A stretch of DNA of 64,000 nt. Origin: Candidatus Sumerlaeia bacterium (GTDB lineage Bacteria > Sumerlaeota > Sumerlaeia > SLMS01 > JANRJK01). Below are positions 36,165 to 45,503 of this stretch, one piece after another. A program made the position numbers and the translations under genes. Within the stretch, counting starts at the first letter, position 1. Every line of letters starts with the position of its first letter. The notes beneath the pieces are model-generated. The model was not told the origin of the DNA and searched no databases. It saw only the letters and a program-made list of their open reading frames with translations. The stretch spans positions 320,001 to 384,000 of the forward strand of contig JANRJK010000013.1 of the NCBI GenBank assembly GCA_033764015.1, read 5' to 3'.

Positions 36165-37511
36165 TTACAATACCAGCAGGAACGGATCCTCGAGCGTCGC
36201 CTTCAGGTCCGCCAAGTACTTCGCGCCAACCGCGCCGTCGATCACACGGTGGTCGCAAGACATGGTGATGCTGAACGCCTTGCCCGGGACCATCTTGCCG
36301 TCCTCGACGAACACGCGGTCCTCGACCGCGCCGATGGCGAGGATGCTCGACTCCGGCGGGTTGATGATCGCGGTGAAGAAGCTGATCGGGTACATTCCGA
36401 GGTTCGAGATCGTCTGCACGCCGCCCGTCATCTCCTCCGGCTTAAGCCGCCGCTCGCGGGCGCGGCCCACGATCTCGGCCATTTCCGAGACGATCTGTAG
36501 CAGACCCTTCGCCTGCACGTCGCGGAGCACCGGCGTCACGAGGCCGTCCGGCGCCGCGACCGCCACCGAGATGTGCGCCGAAGGCAGCCGGCGGAGCTTG
36601 TCGCCCGCCCACTGCGTCCGGATCTCCGGGTGCCGCATCGCGAGCTGCGCCATCGCCTTCACAAGGAAGTGCGTCGGCGTCACCTTCACGTCCTTGTAAG
36701 CCTCGCGGATCTTGCGCTGCGCCTCGATGAGCCGCTCGGCGCGCACCACGACATCGAGCTGGAAGTGCGGCACCTGCGTCTTCGACTCGACGAGGCGCTG
36801 CGCGATGATGCGGCGGACGTTCGAAAGAGGAAGCTCTTCAACCTCGCCGCCCACTTGGAAGTTATAGGCGGTGAACGCGGCGGCGGGCGCGGAGGCCGCT
36901 GGAGCCGCGGCGAGAGCCGTCTCGACATCGCGCTTGATGATGCGCCCGGAGGGGCCGCTGCCGGCGACCGAGGCCAGGTCGACGCCCGCCTCCTTCGCCA
37001 GCTTCTTGGCGAGCGGCGAGGCGACCACGCGGCCGCTTCCGTTAGCAGCCTTGGCCGCGGCGGGAGCCGGGGGCGGCGCGGGCGCCGCCTTCGGGGCCGG
37101 TGCGGGGGCCGCCTTCGGCGCGGGTGCCGCGGGCTTCGCCGGGGCAGGGGCGGGAGCTCGGTTGCGTCCGCCCGATGCCGGCGCGGCGGGGGCCTTGGGG
37201 GCCTCCTTCGGGGCTTCGGCGGCGGCACCGCCACCTGCCGTGACCTTCGCAAGCAGTTCGGAAATGTCCTCGTCCGCCTTGCCCACGATCGCGAGCGCGG
37301 AGCCGACCGGGATCTTCGACCCCTCCTTCGCGACGAGCTTCCTGATCACGCCCGCCTCGAAGGTCTCGTGCTCCATCACCGCCTTGTCGGTTTCGACCTC
37401 GGCGATGATCTGGTTCACCTTGATGGTATCGCCCTCCTTCACCTTCCACTTCACGAGGGTCCCCTCGCTCATGGTGGGGGAGAGCTGCAGCAGTTCGACA
37501 ATCGACGCCAT
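36165..37511 (-). CDS. pdhC: pyruvate dehydrogenase E2, dihydrolipoamide acetyltransferase
   Basis: Lipoyl domain ETDKA, Ala/Pro linker, E3-binding ASPLAKKLA..GSGPSGRI, DHRVIDG. Confidence 0.93.
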   Translation of the reverse strand: MASIVELLQLSPTMSEGTLVKWKVKEGDTIKVNQIIAEVETDKAVMEHETFEAGVIRKLVAKEGSKIPVGSALAIVGKADEDISELLAKVTAGGGAAAEAPKEAPKAPAAPASGGRNRAPAPAPAKPAAPAPKAAPAPAPKAAPAPPPAPAAAKAANGSGRVVASPLAKKLAKEAGVDLASVAGSGPSGRIIKRDVETALAAAPAASAPAAAFTAYNFQVGGEVEELPLSNVRRIIAQRLVESKTQVPHFQLDVVVRAERLIEAQRKIREAYKDVKVTPTHFLVKAMAQLAMRHPEIRTQWAGDKLRRLPSAHISVAVAAPDGLVTPVLRDVQAKGLLQIVSEMAEIVGRARERRLKPEEMTGGVQTISNLGMYPISFFTAIINPPESSILAIGAVEDRVFVEDGKMVPGKAFSITMSCDHRVIDGAVGAKYLADLKATLEDPFLLVL

Positions 37512-37562
37512 GGGTTCTGTTGCCGGTCCTTTCGCGTCACGTCCGCGCGGGGCGGGGGAGTG

Positions 37563-38555
37563 TTAGATGTAGAGAACCTTGCGGACCGCCTCCACGACGG
37601 TGGCCGCCGAGGGGATCACCTCCTCCTCGAGGTTCGACGCGTAGGGCATCGGAACGTCGAGGTGGCTCACGCGCTCGATCGGCGCGTCGAGGTGGTCGAA
37701 GGCGTTCGCGTACACCTGCTCGCAGATCCACGCCCCGACGCTCGCCTGCGGCCAAGACTCCTCGACCAGCACCATGCGGTTCGTCTTGCGGACCGAGGCG
37801 AGGATCGTCGGCAGGTCCAGCGGACGCAGCGTGCGCGGATCGACGACCTCCACGCTGATGCCTTCCGATTCGAGCTGCTCGACCGCCGGCAGGACCGCGT
37901 GCGTGAGCATCCGGCCGTAGGTCACGATGGTGACGTCGGTGCCGGGGCGCTTCACCTCGGCGACGCCCATCGGGATCATCATGTGCTCGCCGTACTCGAC
38001 CTCGTCCTTGAAGTTGTAGAGCTTCTCGGACTCCATGAAGATCACCGGATCCGGGTCGCGGACCGCGGTCTTCAGCATCGAGTACGCGTCCTGCGGCGTG
38101 GAGGGCATCATCACCTTCAGGCCCGGGATGTGGACGTACTGCTGCTCGAGCGCCTGGCTGTGCTGCGAGCCGAGCGCGCCGCCGGCGCCCTGGGGGCCGC
38201 GGACCACGATCGGGCAGCGGAGCTGGCCCGCCGACATGTAGCGGTACTTCGCCGCGTGGTTGATGATCTGGTCCAGCGCGAGGATCGAGAAGTTGAACGT
38301 CATCACTTCGATGATGGGGCGCAGGTCGGCGGTCGCGGCGCCGATGCCGAGGCCCACGAAGGACGCCTCGGTGATCGGCGAGTCGATCACGCGCTTCTCG
38401 CCGAAGCGCTCGTAGAGCCCTTCGCTCACCTTGTAGGCGCCCTTGTAGATGCCCACCTCCTCGCCCATCAGGAACACGCGCTCGTCGCGTTCCATCTCCT
38501 CCGCCAGCGCCCGGTTGAGCGCCTCGCGCATCGAGCGGATTTCACGGTCTGCCAT
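37563..38555 (-). CDS. pdhB: pyruvate dehydrogenase E1 beta subunit
   Basis: GEEVG.YKGAYKV, DSPITE, EVMTFNF, QHSQ, RTLRPLD, PMPYA.NLE. Confidence 0.95.
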   Translation of the reverse strand: MADREIRSMREALNRALAEEMERDERVFLMGEEVGIYKGAYKVSEGLYERFGEKRVIDSPITEASFVGLGIGAATADLRPIIEVMTFNFSILALDQIINHAAKYRYMSAGQLRCPIVVRGPQGAGGALGSQHSQALEQQYVHIPGLKVMMPSTPQDAYSMLKTAVRDPDPVIFMESEKLYNFKDEVEYGEHMMIPMGVAEVKRPGTDVTIVTYGRMLTHAVLPAVEQLESEGISVEVVDPRTLRPLDLPTILASVRKTNRMVLVEESWPQASVGAWICEQVYANAFDHLDAPIERVSHLDVPMPYASNLEEEVIPSAATVVEAVRKVLYI

Positions 38556-38621
38556 GGATCGAATCTCCGGGGATTTTTCGGTCGCGGTCTGGGGTTGCGG
38601 CTACCGGCGCGGCGCGCCGTT

Positions 38622-39755
38622 TCACATGTCGTAATGGTATTCGTACGGGTGCTTCGAGACCGACGCGTCCGGGTAGCCCGGGCAGTCGACGTATACGTGC
38701 GTCCAGATCTCCTCGAGGGGGGGCAGATCGGCCTCGACGGAGAACTGCACCGCGTCCTCGACCTCCGCAGCGATCTCCGCCTCGAGCTTCTCGACGACCG
38801 CGTCCGTCAGCAGGTCCGGGTGGCGGCTGCGCAGCTTCAGCATCGGGTCGCGCTGCTCCCACGTGGAAACCTCGTTGGGCGTGCGGTACGTGGTGGCGGG
38901 GTCGGACATCGAGTGGCCGCGGTAGCGGTAGGTGATCGCCTCGATGAAGCAGGGGCGTCCTTCCGTGCGCGCGCGCTCGGCCGCTTCCTTCGTCACCGAA
39001 TACATCTCCTCCACGCACATGCCGTCGCAGCGGATGCCGTCCATGCGGTACGCCTCCGCCGTGCGGCGGTAGAGGTCCGGCACCGCGCAGGAGCGCGACG
39101 TGAGCGTGCCCATGCCGACCTGATTGTTCTCGCAGATGTAGACCACCGGCAGGTTCCACAGCGACGCCATGTTCGCGCTCTCGTGGAAGACGCCCTGGTT
39201 GAAGGCGGCGTCGCCGAAGTAGCAGACGGTGACCGCCGGCTCGTTGCGGTAGGCGGAGGCGAACGCCATTCCCGCCGCCAGCGGGATCTGCCCGCCGACG
39301 ATGCCGTGGCCGCCGAAGAAGCGGTTCTTCCCGTGGAAGAGGTGCATCGAGCCGCCCTTCCCCTTCGTGCCGCCGGGGTACTTCATGTAAAGTTCGGCCA
39401 TCACCTCGCGGGAGGAGAGCCCGCGGGCCAGCGCGTGGGCGTGGTCGCGGTACGCGGTGATGATGTAGTCCTGCGCCTCGAGCGCCGCGATGGAGCCCGA
39501 CGCGACCGCCTCCTGCCCGATGTACAGGTGGCAGAAGCCCTTGATCTTGCCCTTGCGGTACTCCTGGCCGCAGCGCTCCTCGAAGCGCCGCATCAGCAGC
39601 ATCTCGCGGAACTTCTCGACGACCTTGTCCTTGGGGAAGGCGTGCTTCAGGTACTCGCGGGCGAACTTGCCGTCGCGGTTCGCGGGATCGCCGAACAGGT
39701 CGATCGACTGCGCGGGGGTCTTCGACGGGGCGGCGGAATTGATCAGGAGTGACAT
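38622..39755 (-). CDS. pdhA: pyruvate dehydrogenase E1 alpha subunit
   Basis: GFCHLYIGQEA, AYRDH, GKGGSMH, FGDAA.NQG (ThDP motif), ENN, YRYRGHSMSDP. Confidence 0.95.
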   Translation of the reverse strand: MSLLINSAAPSKTPAQSIDLFGDPANRDGKFAREYLKHAFPKDKVVEKFREMLLMRRFEERCGQEYRKGKIKGFCHLYIGQEAVASGSIAALEAQDYIITAYRDHAHALARGLSSREVMAELYMKYPGGTKGKGGSMHLFHGKNRFFGGHGIVGGQIPLAAGMAFASAYRNEPAVTVCYFGDAAFNQGVFHESANMASLWNLPVVYICENNQVGMGTLTSRSCAVPDLYRRTAEAYRMDGIRCDGMCVEEMYSVTKEAAERARTEGRPCFIEAITYRYRGHSMSDPATTYRTPNEVSTWEQRDPMLKLRSRHPDLLTDAVVEKLEAEIAAEVEDAVQFSVEADLPPLEEIWTHVYVDCPGYPDASVSKHPYEYHYDM

Positions 39756-39971
39756 CGGGGATCGGCCAGTCGGTGGGGAATTGCGCCGTTCGCTCGGCGC
39801 CAGAGCGTTTTCCCGGGCGGTCCCGGGCGGGCGCAAGATAAAGCAAAGCTCCTGCCGCGAGGGCCCCGCCGGCCCGGCCTTACCGTTTGACCCGACCCCC
39901 CGAGGCGCGCGTGATGGTCCGACAACGGCAGCAATTCCAGACACTTTCCCGAGCGCGAAGGAGACACCGCC

Positions 39972-40259
39972 ATGGCGGCGCCGAATCCCAGCCACAAGTA
40001 CATCACGCTCCAAATCCAGACCTTCTACCACAGCCTTCGCGTCCTCGCCGAGCGGGGATCCGCCAGCGACCCCGCCGGCGACGAGATCGTCTCCCTCTAC
40101 AACCAGCTCCGCAACAAGGTGCTCGAGCGCATGGGCGCCGACCGCGACCTCGTTGTGGTGCCCGAGCTCTCCCCCAAGGCCACCGTGGTCACCGCCTTCG
40201 CCATGGCGCACCAGCTCTATGTGCTCCTCGAAAAGCACACCAACGAGATGTCCGCCTAA
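39972..40259 (+). CDS. hypothetical protein (95 aa, helical)
   Basis: Strong GC3 codon bias, AAGGAG RBS, followed by a terminator. Confidence 0.75.
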   Translation: MAAPNPSHKYITLQIQTFYHSLRVLAERGSASDPAGDEIVSLYNQLRNKVLERMGADRDLVVVPELSPKATVVTAFAMAHQLYVLLEKHTNEMSA

Positions 40260-40287
40260 GCGCGCGCGCCCACCCGGCAAGCTCTTG

Positions 40288-40320
40288 CGCGGCGCCCCTT
40301 CCGGGGCGCCGCGTTCTGTT
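40288..40320 (+). terminator. rho-independent terminator between convergent small genes
   Basis: cgcggcgcccc-ttcc-ggggcgccgcg followed by ttctgttt. Confidence 0.7.
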
Positions 40321-40326
40321 TCCGGC

Positions 40327-40428
40327 CTACCGCCGGAGCAGCACCCACAGCGCCAGCAGCGCCAGCGCCGCCAGGAACAGCGGGCCGAGCCCCCGCGTCG
40401 CCGCCTTGTAGTCCTTATCGACCGCCAT
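40327..40428 (-). CDS. putative 33-aa single-TM small protein MAVDKDYKAATRGLGPLFLAALALLALWVLLRR
   Basis: Read by hand (below the ORF-track cutoff): ATG to TAG, almost all codons end in G/C, clean hydrophobic helix plus RR, fills the intergenic gap. Confidence 0.6.
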   Translation of the reverse strand: MAVDKDYKAATRGLGPLFLAALALLALWVLLRR

Positions 40429-40476
40429 CGCGCGCCGCCCCTTGCCAAATCCGCTCCGCACGGATCAAGTCGCCCC

Positions 40477-41778
40477 ATGGAACCGCATGGCAAGCCGAGC
40501 CCGCCGCCGCGCCCCGTCCCCGCCGCCGACGCCCGCTGGCTCATCGGAATCCAGCGCCGCACCTTCCTGCCGCTCAAGCTCGCCATCGCGCTCCTTTGCC
40601 TCGCGCTCTGGCAGTGGTCCCGGGGATGGCTCGCGCCTTCCCCCGCGGCGTTCGGGGTCTTCTTCGTCTACGCGGCGTTCCTCGCCGCCGAGGCCTACTT
40701 CCTCATCGCCGACCGCGTCCCCGCGGAGCAGGCCCGCGCCGCCGCGTGGTGCTCGTACCTGCTCGATATCGCCTTCATCACGGCGCTGACGCTGCTCGAC
40801 TGGGCCGAACCCGCCCTCGGGCGGCCGGACTCCGTCGGGTTCAACATGCTTTACGTGCCGATGCTCCTCCGCGGCGTCGCGTTGTTCCGCTCCCGCCCCG
40901 GCACCCTCGCCGCAACGGGCGTCCTCGGCCTGCTCTTCCTCGCCACCTCGCTCGTCGAACTCCGGGGCGCGGACCTGATCGAGGTGCAGGAGGCGGGACT
41001 GCGCTTCGCGCTCGTGGGCTTCGTCCTGTTCCTCAGCCTCGTCGTCGTCGATCTGGTGCGCCGCCAGCAGGACGAGATCGCGGGCGCCCGCGAACGCCTG
41101 GCCCGGAGCGAGGGCCTCGCCCAGGTCGGCGAACTCGCGGCCGGCGTCGCCCACGAGATCAACAACCCCATCGGCATCATCTCCACCTACGCCGAATACC
41201 TGCTGCGGCTGCCCGAGTGCCCCAACCGAGAGGACATCGAGCAGATCCGCGCGGAGGCGAAGCGCTGCGAAGCCATCGTCGCCCGCCTCCTCGATTTCGC
41301 GCGCCCCAGCGTCGCCAAGCTGGAGCGCATCGCCCCCGCGGAGCTGCTCGCGGAACTGCGCGAATTCCTCCTCCTCGACAAGGCGTCTCAGATCCCCGTG
41401 GAACTCCGCGCGGAGGAGGGCCTGCCGCCGCTGCTCGGCGACAAGGCGCTGCTCCGGCAGGCGCTGCTCAACTGCGCGCTCAACGCGCGCCAGGCGCAGG
41501 CGGAGGCCGGCACCGCGTCGCCGATGGTCCAGCTCGCGGCCGAGCGCGACGCGGGCGGCGTCCGCCTCGCCATCCGCGACCGCGGCCCCGGCGTGCCACG
41601 CCACGAGGCGGACCGGCTGTTCGACCCATTCTACACGACGCGCGAGAAGGGCACCGGCCTCGGCCTCGCCATCGCACGCCGCATCGCCGAGTCCCACGGC
41701 GGCGCGCTCGCGCTCCGCAACCGAGGGGACGGACCCGGCGCCGAGGCGATCCTCACGCTGCCCGCCGCGCCCCCCTGA
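40477..41778 (+). CDS. membrane sensor histidine kinase (NtrB-like HisKA)
   Basis: About 6 TM helices, GELAAGVAHEINNP, NCALNA, DRGPG, FDPFYTT, GTGLGL. Confidence 0.9.
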   Translation: MEPHGKPSPPPRPVPAADARWLIGIQRRTFLPLKLAIALLCLALWQWSRGWLAPSPAAFGVFFVYAAFLAAEAYFLIADRVPAEQARAAAWCSYLLDIAFITALTLLDWAEPALGRPDSVGFNMLYVPMLLRGVALFRSRPGTLAATGVLGLLFLATSLVELRGADLIEVQEAGLRFALVGFVLFLSLVVVDLVRRQQDEIAGARERLARSEGLAQVGELAAGVAHEINNPIGIISTYAEYLLRLPECPNREDIEQIRAEAKRCEAIVARLLDFARPSVAKLERIAPAELLAELREFLLLDKASQIPVELRAEEGLPPLLGDKALLRQALLNCALNARQAQAEAGTASPMVQLAAERDAGGVRLAIRDRGPGVPRHEADRLFDPFYTTREKGTGLGLAIARRIAESHGGALALRNRGDGPGAEAILTLPAAPP

Positions 41779-41852
41779 GCAGCTCCCGATTGCCCGATCC
41801 GCGCCGGGTGGCAGAATCGTCGCGCAGCCCACTCCAACCAACGGATCGACCC

Positions 41853-42869
41853 ATGACCACCATCAAGGCACTCGCCGCGGCGGCCCCCGGCGCACCACTC
41901 CAACCGTTCGAGTACTCCGTAGGAGACCTCCGTCCGGGGCAGGTCCAGCTCAAGGTGGAGTACTGCGGCATCTGCCACTCCGACCTCTCCATGACCGACA
42001 ACGAGTGGGGCATGACCGGCTACCCGTTCGTCCCGGGCCATGAAGTGGTCGGCACCGTCGAGGCGCTCGGCGAGGGCGTCCGCCACCTCCGCGCGGGCCA
42101 GCGCGTGGGCCTCGGATGGTACGCGGGCAGTTGCCAGACATGCCCCACCTGCCTCGCCGGCGACCACAACCTGTGCGGCTCGACGGAGCAGACCATCGTC
42201 GGCCGCCACGGCGGCTTCGCCGACCGCGTGCGCTGCGACGCGCTCTGGGCGATTCCGCTGCCGGACGCGCTCGACGCATCGAAGGCCGGCCCCCTCTTCT
42301 GCGGCGGCATCACCGTCTTCAACCCGATCGTCCAGTGCGGCGTGAAGCCCACCGACCGCGTCGGCGTCATCGGCATCGGCGGCCTCGGGCACCTCGCCCT
42401 GCAGTTCCTCAACAAGTGGGGCTGCGAAGTGACCGCCTTCTCCTCGAGCGACTCCAAGCGCGAGGAGGCGATGCGCATGGGCGCCCACCACGTCGTCTCC
42501 AGCCGCGACCCGGAGGCGCTGGCGAGGATCGCCGGCACGCTCGACTTCATCATCTCCACCGTCAACGTGCCGCTCGAGTGGAACGCCTACATCGGGGCGC
42601 TCGCGGCCCGCGGACGCTTCCACGTCGTGGGCGCGGTGCTAGAGCCGATCCCCGTAGGCGCCTTCAGCCTCATCATGGGGCAGAAGAGCATCTCCGGATC
42701 GCCGCTCGGCAGTCCGTGCACGACGGCAAAGATGCTCGAGTTCTGCGGTCGGCACGGCATCGAGACGGTCACCGAGCACTTCCCCATGTCGAAGGCGAAC
42801 GACGCCTTCGAGCACCTCAAGTCCGGCAAGGCGCGCTACCGCATCGTGCTGGCGAACGACTTGAACTAA
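41853..42869 (+). CDS. Zn-dependent NAD(P)H alcohol dehydrogenase/aldehyde reductase (Ahr/YjgB-like)
   Basis: CGICHSD, GHEVVG, structural Zn CQTCPTC..C, GIGGLGH, GKARYRIVL. Confidence 0.92.
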   Translation: MTTIKALAAAAPGAPLQPFEYSVGDLRPGQVQLKVEYCGICHSDLSMTDNEWGMTGYPFVPGHEVVGTVEALGEGVRHLRAGQRVGLGWYAGSCQTCPTCLAGDHNLCGSTEQTIVGRHGGFADRVRCDALWAIPLPDALDASKAGPLFCGGITVFNPIVQCGVKPTDRVGVIGIGGLGHLALQFLNKWGCEVTAFSSSDSKREEAMRMGAHHVVSSRDPEALARIAGTLDFIISTVNVPLEWNAYIGALAARGRFHVVGAVLEPIPVGAFSLIMGQKSISGSPLGSPCTTAKMLEFCGRHGIETVTEHFPMSKANDAFEHLKSGKARYRIVLANDLN

Positions 42870-42885
42870 CCCCCCGGAAATGTGG

Positions 42886-42921
42886 ACGCGGCCCAGGGAC
42901 CGTGCGGTCCCGGGGCCGCGT
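42886..42921 (+). terminator. hairpin after the alcohol dehydrogenase gene
   Basis: acgcggccc(a)gggaccg-tg-cggtccc(g)gggccgcgt. Confidence 0.55.
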
Positions 42922-43206
42922 TGCCTCCCACAGGCGCCTCGCGCGTTCAGCTTGCCGACCACGGGCGGATCGACCGGACGGATATCGAGAACCCTACTGT
43001 AACCGCTCGTTCCCGCGCGGGGCGTCGTATCGCCGGGGAACGCAGCCCTGGGCGGCGCCAGCCGGGACACGCCGCAAAGCGGCCGTCAGCACGCGCCGAG
43101 CGGCGATTCAGGTCGGTAGGGAATCTGGAATCCACTCGTGCCGCTGTCGGGGGCGAAAGTGCCAAAGAGGACCGAGAGTGTCCGGACACTACGGAACTCC
43201 AATTCC

Positions 43207-43917
43207 TCAGGATCTCTCTTCGCCTGCGGCGGGACGTGCCGCCACCGCCTCCTTCATCCGCGTCAACGAACGCGAATCCCCCAGCACCATGAGGACCGCC
43301 CCGCGCGGCAGCGGCTGGCCCGGCGGCGGGTTGAGCTGCACCTTCGGCTTCTTCGAGCGGTCGTCCGGCGGCAGCTTCACCGCGATCACGTTCACGGCGT
43401 GGTTGCGCCGCACGTCGAGTTCGATGAGCGACTTGCCGATGAACGCTTCCGGCACCGGCAGCTCGATCACGCCGCAGTCCTCCCCGAGCGGAATCTGGTC
43501 CGCGAGGTCGGGGACGAGGAGGCGCCGCGCAAGCGTCTCGGCCATGTCCTTCTCGGGGAAGATCACCTGCGAGGCGCCCACCGCCCGGATCGCGCTCGAC
43601 TCTTTGTCGCTGTCCACCTGCACGAGGATCTCGTCCATGCCGTTGCGCTTGAGCATGTGCGTGACGAGGACGGTGACGTCGAAGTGGCGCCGCAAGGCGA
43701 CGATGGCGACGTCGCAGTCGAAGGCGCCGAGCTTCCCCAGCACCTCCTCGTTGGTGGCGTCCGCGGCGACCGCGCGCGTGACGTGGTTCGCGATCATGTC
43801 CACCTCCAGTTCCATCTTGTCGATGGCGAGCACGGAGGCGCCTCCCGCGTAGAGCTGGCGCGCGGTCTGGGCCCCGAAGGTGCCGAGCCCGATGACGACG
43901 AAAGAGCGCATGGCCAT
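43207..43917 (-). CDS. ktrA: TrkA/KtrA family K+ uptake regulatory subunit
   Basis: VIGLGTFG Rossmann motif, ADAT, VIFPEKDMA, TrkA-C domain. Confidence 0.88.
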   Translation of the reverse strand: MAMRSFVVIGLGTFGAQTARQLYAGGASVLAIDKMELEVDMIANHVTRAVAADATNEEVLGKLGAFDCDVAIVALRRHFDVTVLVTHMLKRNGMDEILVQVDSDKESSAIRAVGASQVIFPEKDMAETLARRLLVPDLADQIPLGEDCGVIELPVPEAFIGKSLIELDVRRNHAVNVIAVKLPPDDRSKKPKVQLNPPPGQPLPRGAVLMVLGDSRSLTRMKEAVAARPAAGEERS

Positions 43918-43933
43918 GGCGTGGGATGCTTTC

Positions 43934-45355
43934 TCAGCCGACGAGGATTTCCTCGCGCGGCAGTGTGTAGTCTAAGCGCTTGGCCTGGCCCACTAGCGAT
44001 GCAGCCACGATGAGCGGGCCAAGGCGCCCCAGGAACATGCAAAGGATGATCACCAATTGGGAGCCGGGTTGCAGCGAGGCTGTGATGCCGGTCGAGAGGC
44101 CCACCGTGCCAAGCGCCGAAACCACTTCGAACAAGTGCGGTAGGAAGAGTGATCGCGAGTCCAGCCCGGAAAGATGCGGCGCCTCGATCACCTCGAGCGC
44201 GACAACGCCGGCCAGCACCGCCAGGGCATAGCCCGCGGTCACCGCGAGCGCCTTGGCAACTGTCTCGGGCGGTGCCGTGCGGTCGAATATCTCGACGTGG
44301 GGCCGGTTGCGGGCCCGCGACAGGATCATCATGTGGAGCAGCGCCAGCGTGGTCGTCTTCAGGCCACCCGCCGTCGAGCCGGGTGAGCCGCCCACGGCCA
44401 TCAGCAGGATCGCCACCAGCAGCGTCGCGTTCGATAGCGCCCCGATATCCACGGTGTTGAAGCCCGCCGTGCGGCAGGTCACCGACAGGAAGAGGGGCGA
44501 CAGCAGGCGTTCCACGAACGAATCCCCCATTGCTGGGTTCGCCACCTCCAAGGCGCCCATCACCAGCGCGCCGCCCACGATCAGGATAACCGTCGTTACC
44601 ATCACCACCCGAGTGTGGAGAGAGATCTTGGGGCGCGGCGTCCGCCGCCAGTTGCGCGCAAGGTGCGTCAGGTCCGCGTACACCACGAAACCAAGACCAC
44701 CGGCGACGATCAGCCCCATCACAACCGAGTTCACAAGGAGGTCTCCTCGGTAGCTCATCAGGTTGTCCGGAAAAAGCCCGAAGCCCGCGTTGCAGAATGC
44801 CGAAACCGAGTGGAAGATTCCCAGCTCCGCAGCAACCGGGAGGGGGTGATCGATCGCAAACCGCGCCGTCAAGAGCGTCGCCCCGAGCGCCTCGATCAGC
44901 AGCGTATAGCCGATGATCTCCCGCAGCAGCGTCGCGGGCGTCGTGTGTGCCATGACACCCGTGGTTTCCTCCAGGATCATCCGACCCCCCTGACCGATGC
45001 GCCGTCCCGAGGCTAGCACCAGCAGGTTCGAGATCGTCAGAATCCCCAGTCCGCCGGCTTGGATCAGCAACAGGACCACCCAAATCCCGAGGGTGGAGAA
45101 AGCTGTTCCCGTGTCCCGCACAGTTAGCCCGGTCACGCAGACCGCGGAGGTCGAGGTGAAGAGCGCTTCGAGAAACGTGACCGGCGCCTCGCGGTTCGCC
45201 CAGCAGGCGGGATGGTTCAGTAGCAGCGCCCCGAACAGGATCGTGGCCCCGAACGAGACCACCAGCAAACGCGGGATCGTCAGCACTGGCCTTGATGCCG
45301 GGATGCTCCCCGGTTCTGCGGCGGCGGACGAAGGGCGGTCCTTCCTTGGTTTCAT
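43934..45355 (-). CDS. ktrB: TrkH/KtrB family K+ uptake membrane subunit
   Basis: Four pore loops SAVCVTGL, SAFCNAGF, RTAGF, SALGTVGLS; MFLGRLG. Confidence 0.92.
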   Translation of the reverse strand: MKPRKDRPSSAAAEPGSIPASRPVLTIPRLLVVSFGATILFGALLLNHPACWANREAPVTFLEALFTSTSAVCVTGLTVRDTGTAFSTLGIWVVLLLIQAGGLGILTISNLLVLASGRRIGQGGRMILEETTGVMAHTTPATLLREIIGYTLLIEALGATLLTARFAIDHPLPVAAELGIFHSVSAFCNAGFGLFPDNLMSYRGDLLVNSVVMGLIVAGGLGFVVYADLTHLARNWRRTPRPKISLHTRVVMVTTVILIVGGALVMGALEVANPAMGDSFVERLLSPLFLSVTCRTAGFNTVDIGALSNATLLVAILLMAVGGSPGSTAGGLKTTTLALLHMMILSRARNRPHVEIFDRTAPPETVAKALAVTAGYALAVLAGVVALEVIEAPHLSGLDSRSLFLPHLFEVVSALGTVGLSTGITASLQPGSQLVIILCMFLGRLGPLIVAASLVGQAKRLDYTLPREEILVG

Positions 45356-45503
45356 GCGGTCCTTGTTTCGCAGGCAGCCTCTGCGGACAAGTCCCGATAA
45401 ATCGAGGATATACGGCGTCGGCGATAGTTGCTTTGGCCTTGCCCGTTTGTGGATGACTTGCCAACCTCCACTCGTCGCGAACCGCGCTTAGGAGAATCAG
45501 CCC

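Noticed and set aside
37060..37240. Short repeats (gccttcgg...) resembling a repeat array
   Set aside because: They encode the Ala/Pro/Lys linker (APKAAPAP) of the E2 subunit; not CRISPR or a mobile repeat
36573..39752. Very long opposite-strand or alternate-frame ORFs (e.g. 36573-39752 +, 49691-52846 -, 54824-56869 -, 3400-4947 -)
   Set aside because: Shadow ORFs of real genes caused by high GC3 codon bias; Arg/Gly/Ala-rich with no motifs
36165..39755. pdh operon lacking E3 (lpdA)
   Set aside because: E3 is commonly encoded elsewhere and shared between complexes; not unusual
45356..45503. c-di-AMP (ydaO) riboswitch upstream of ktrB
   Set aside because: Expected from context, but the conserved elements are not visible in this short divergent region
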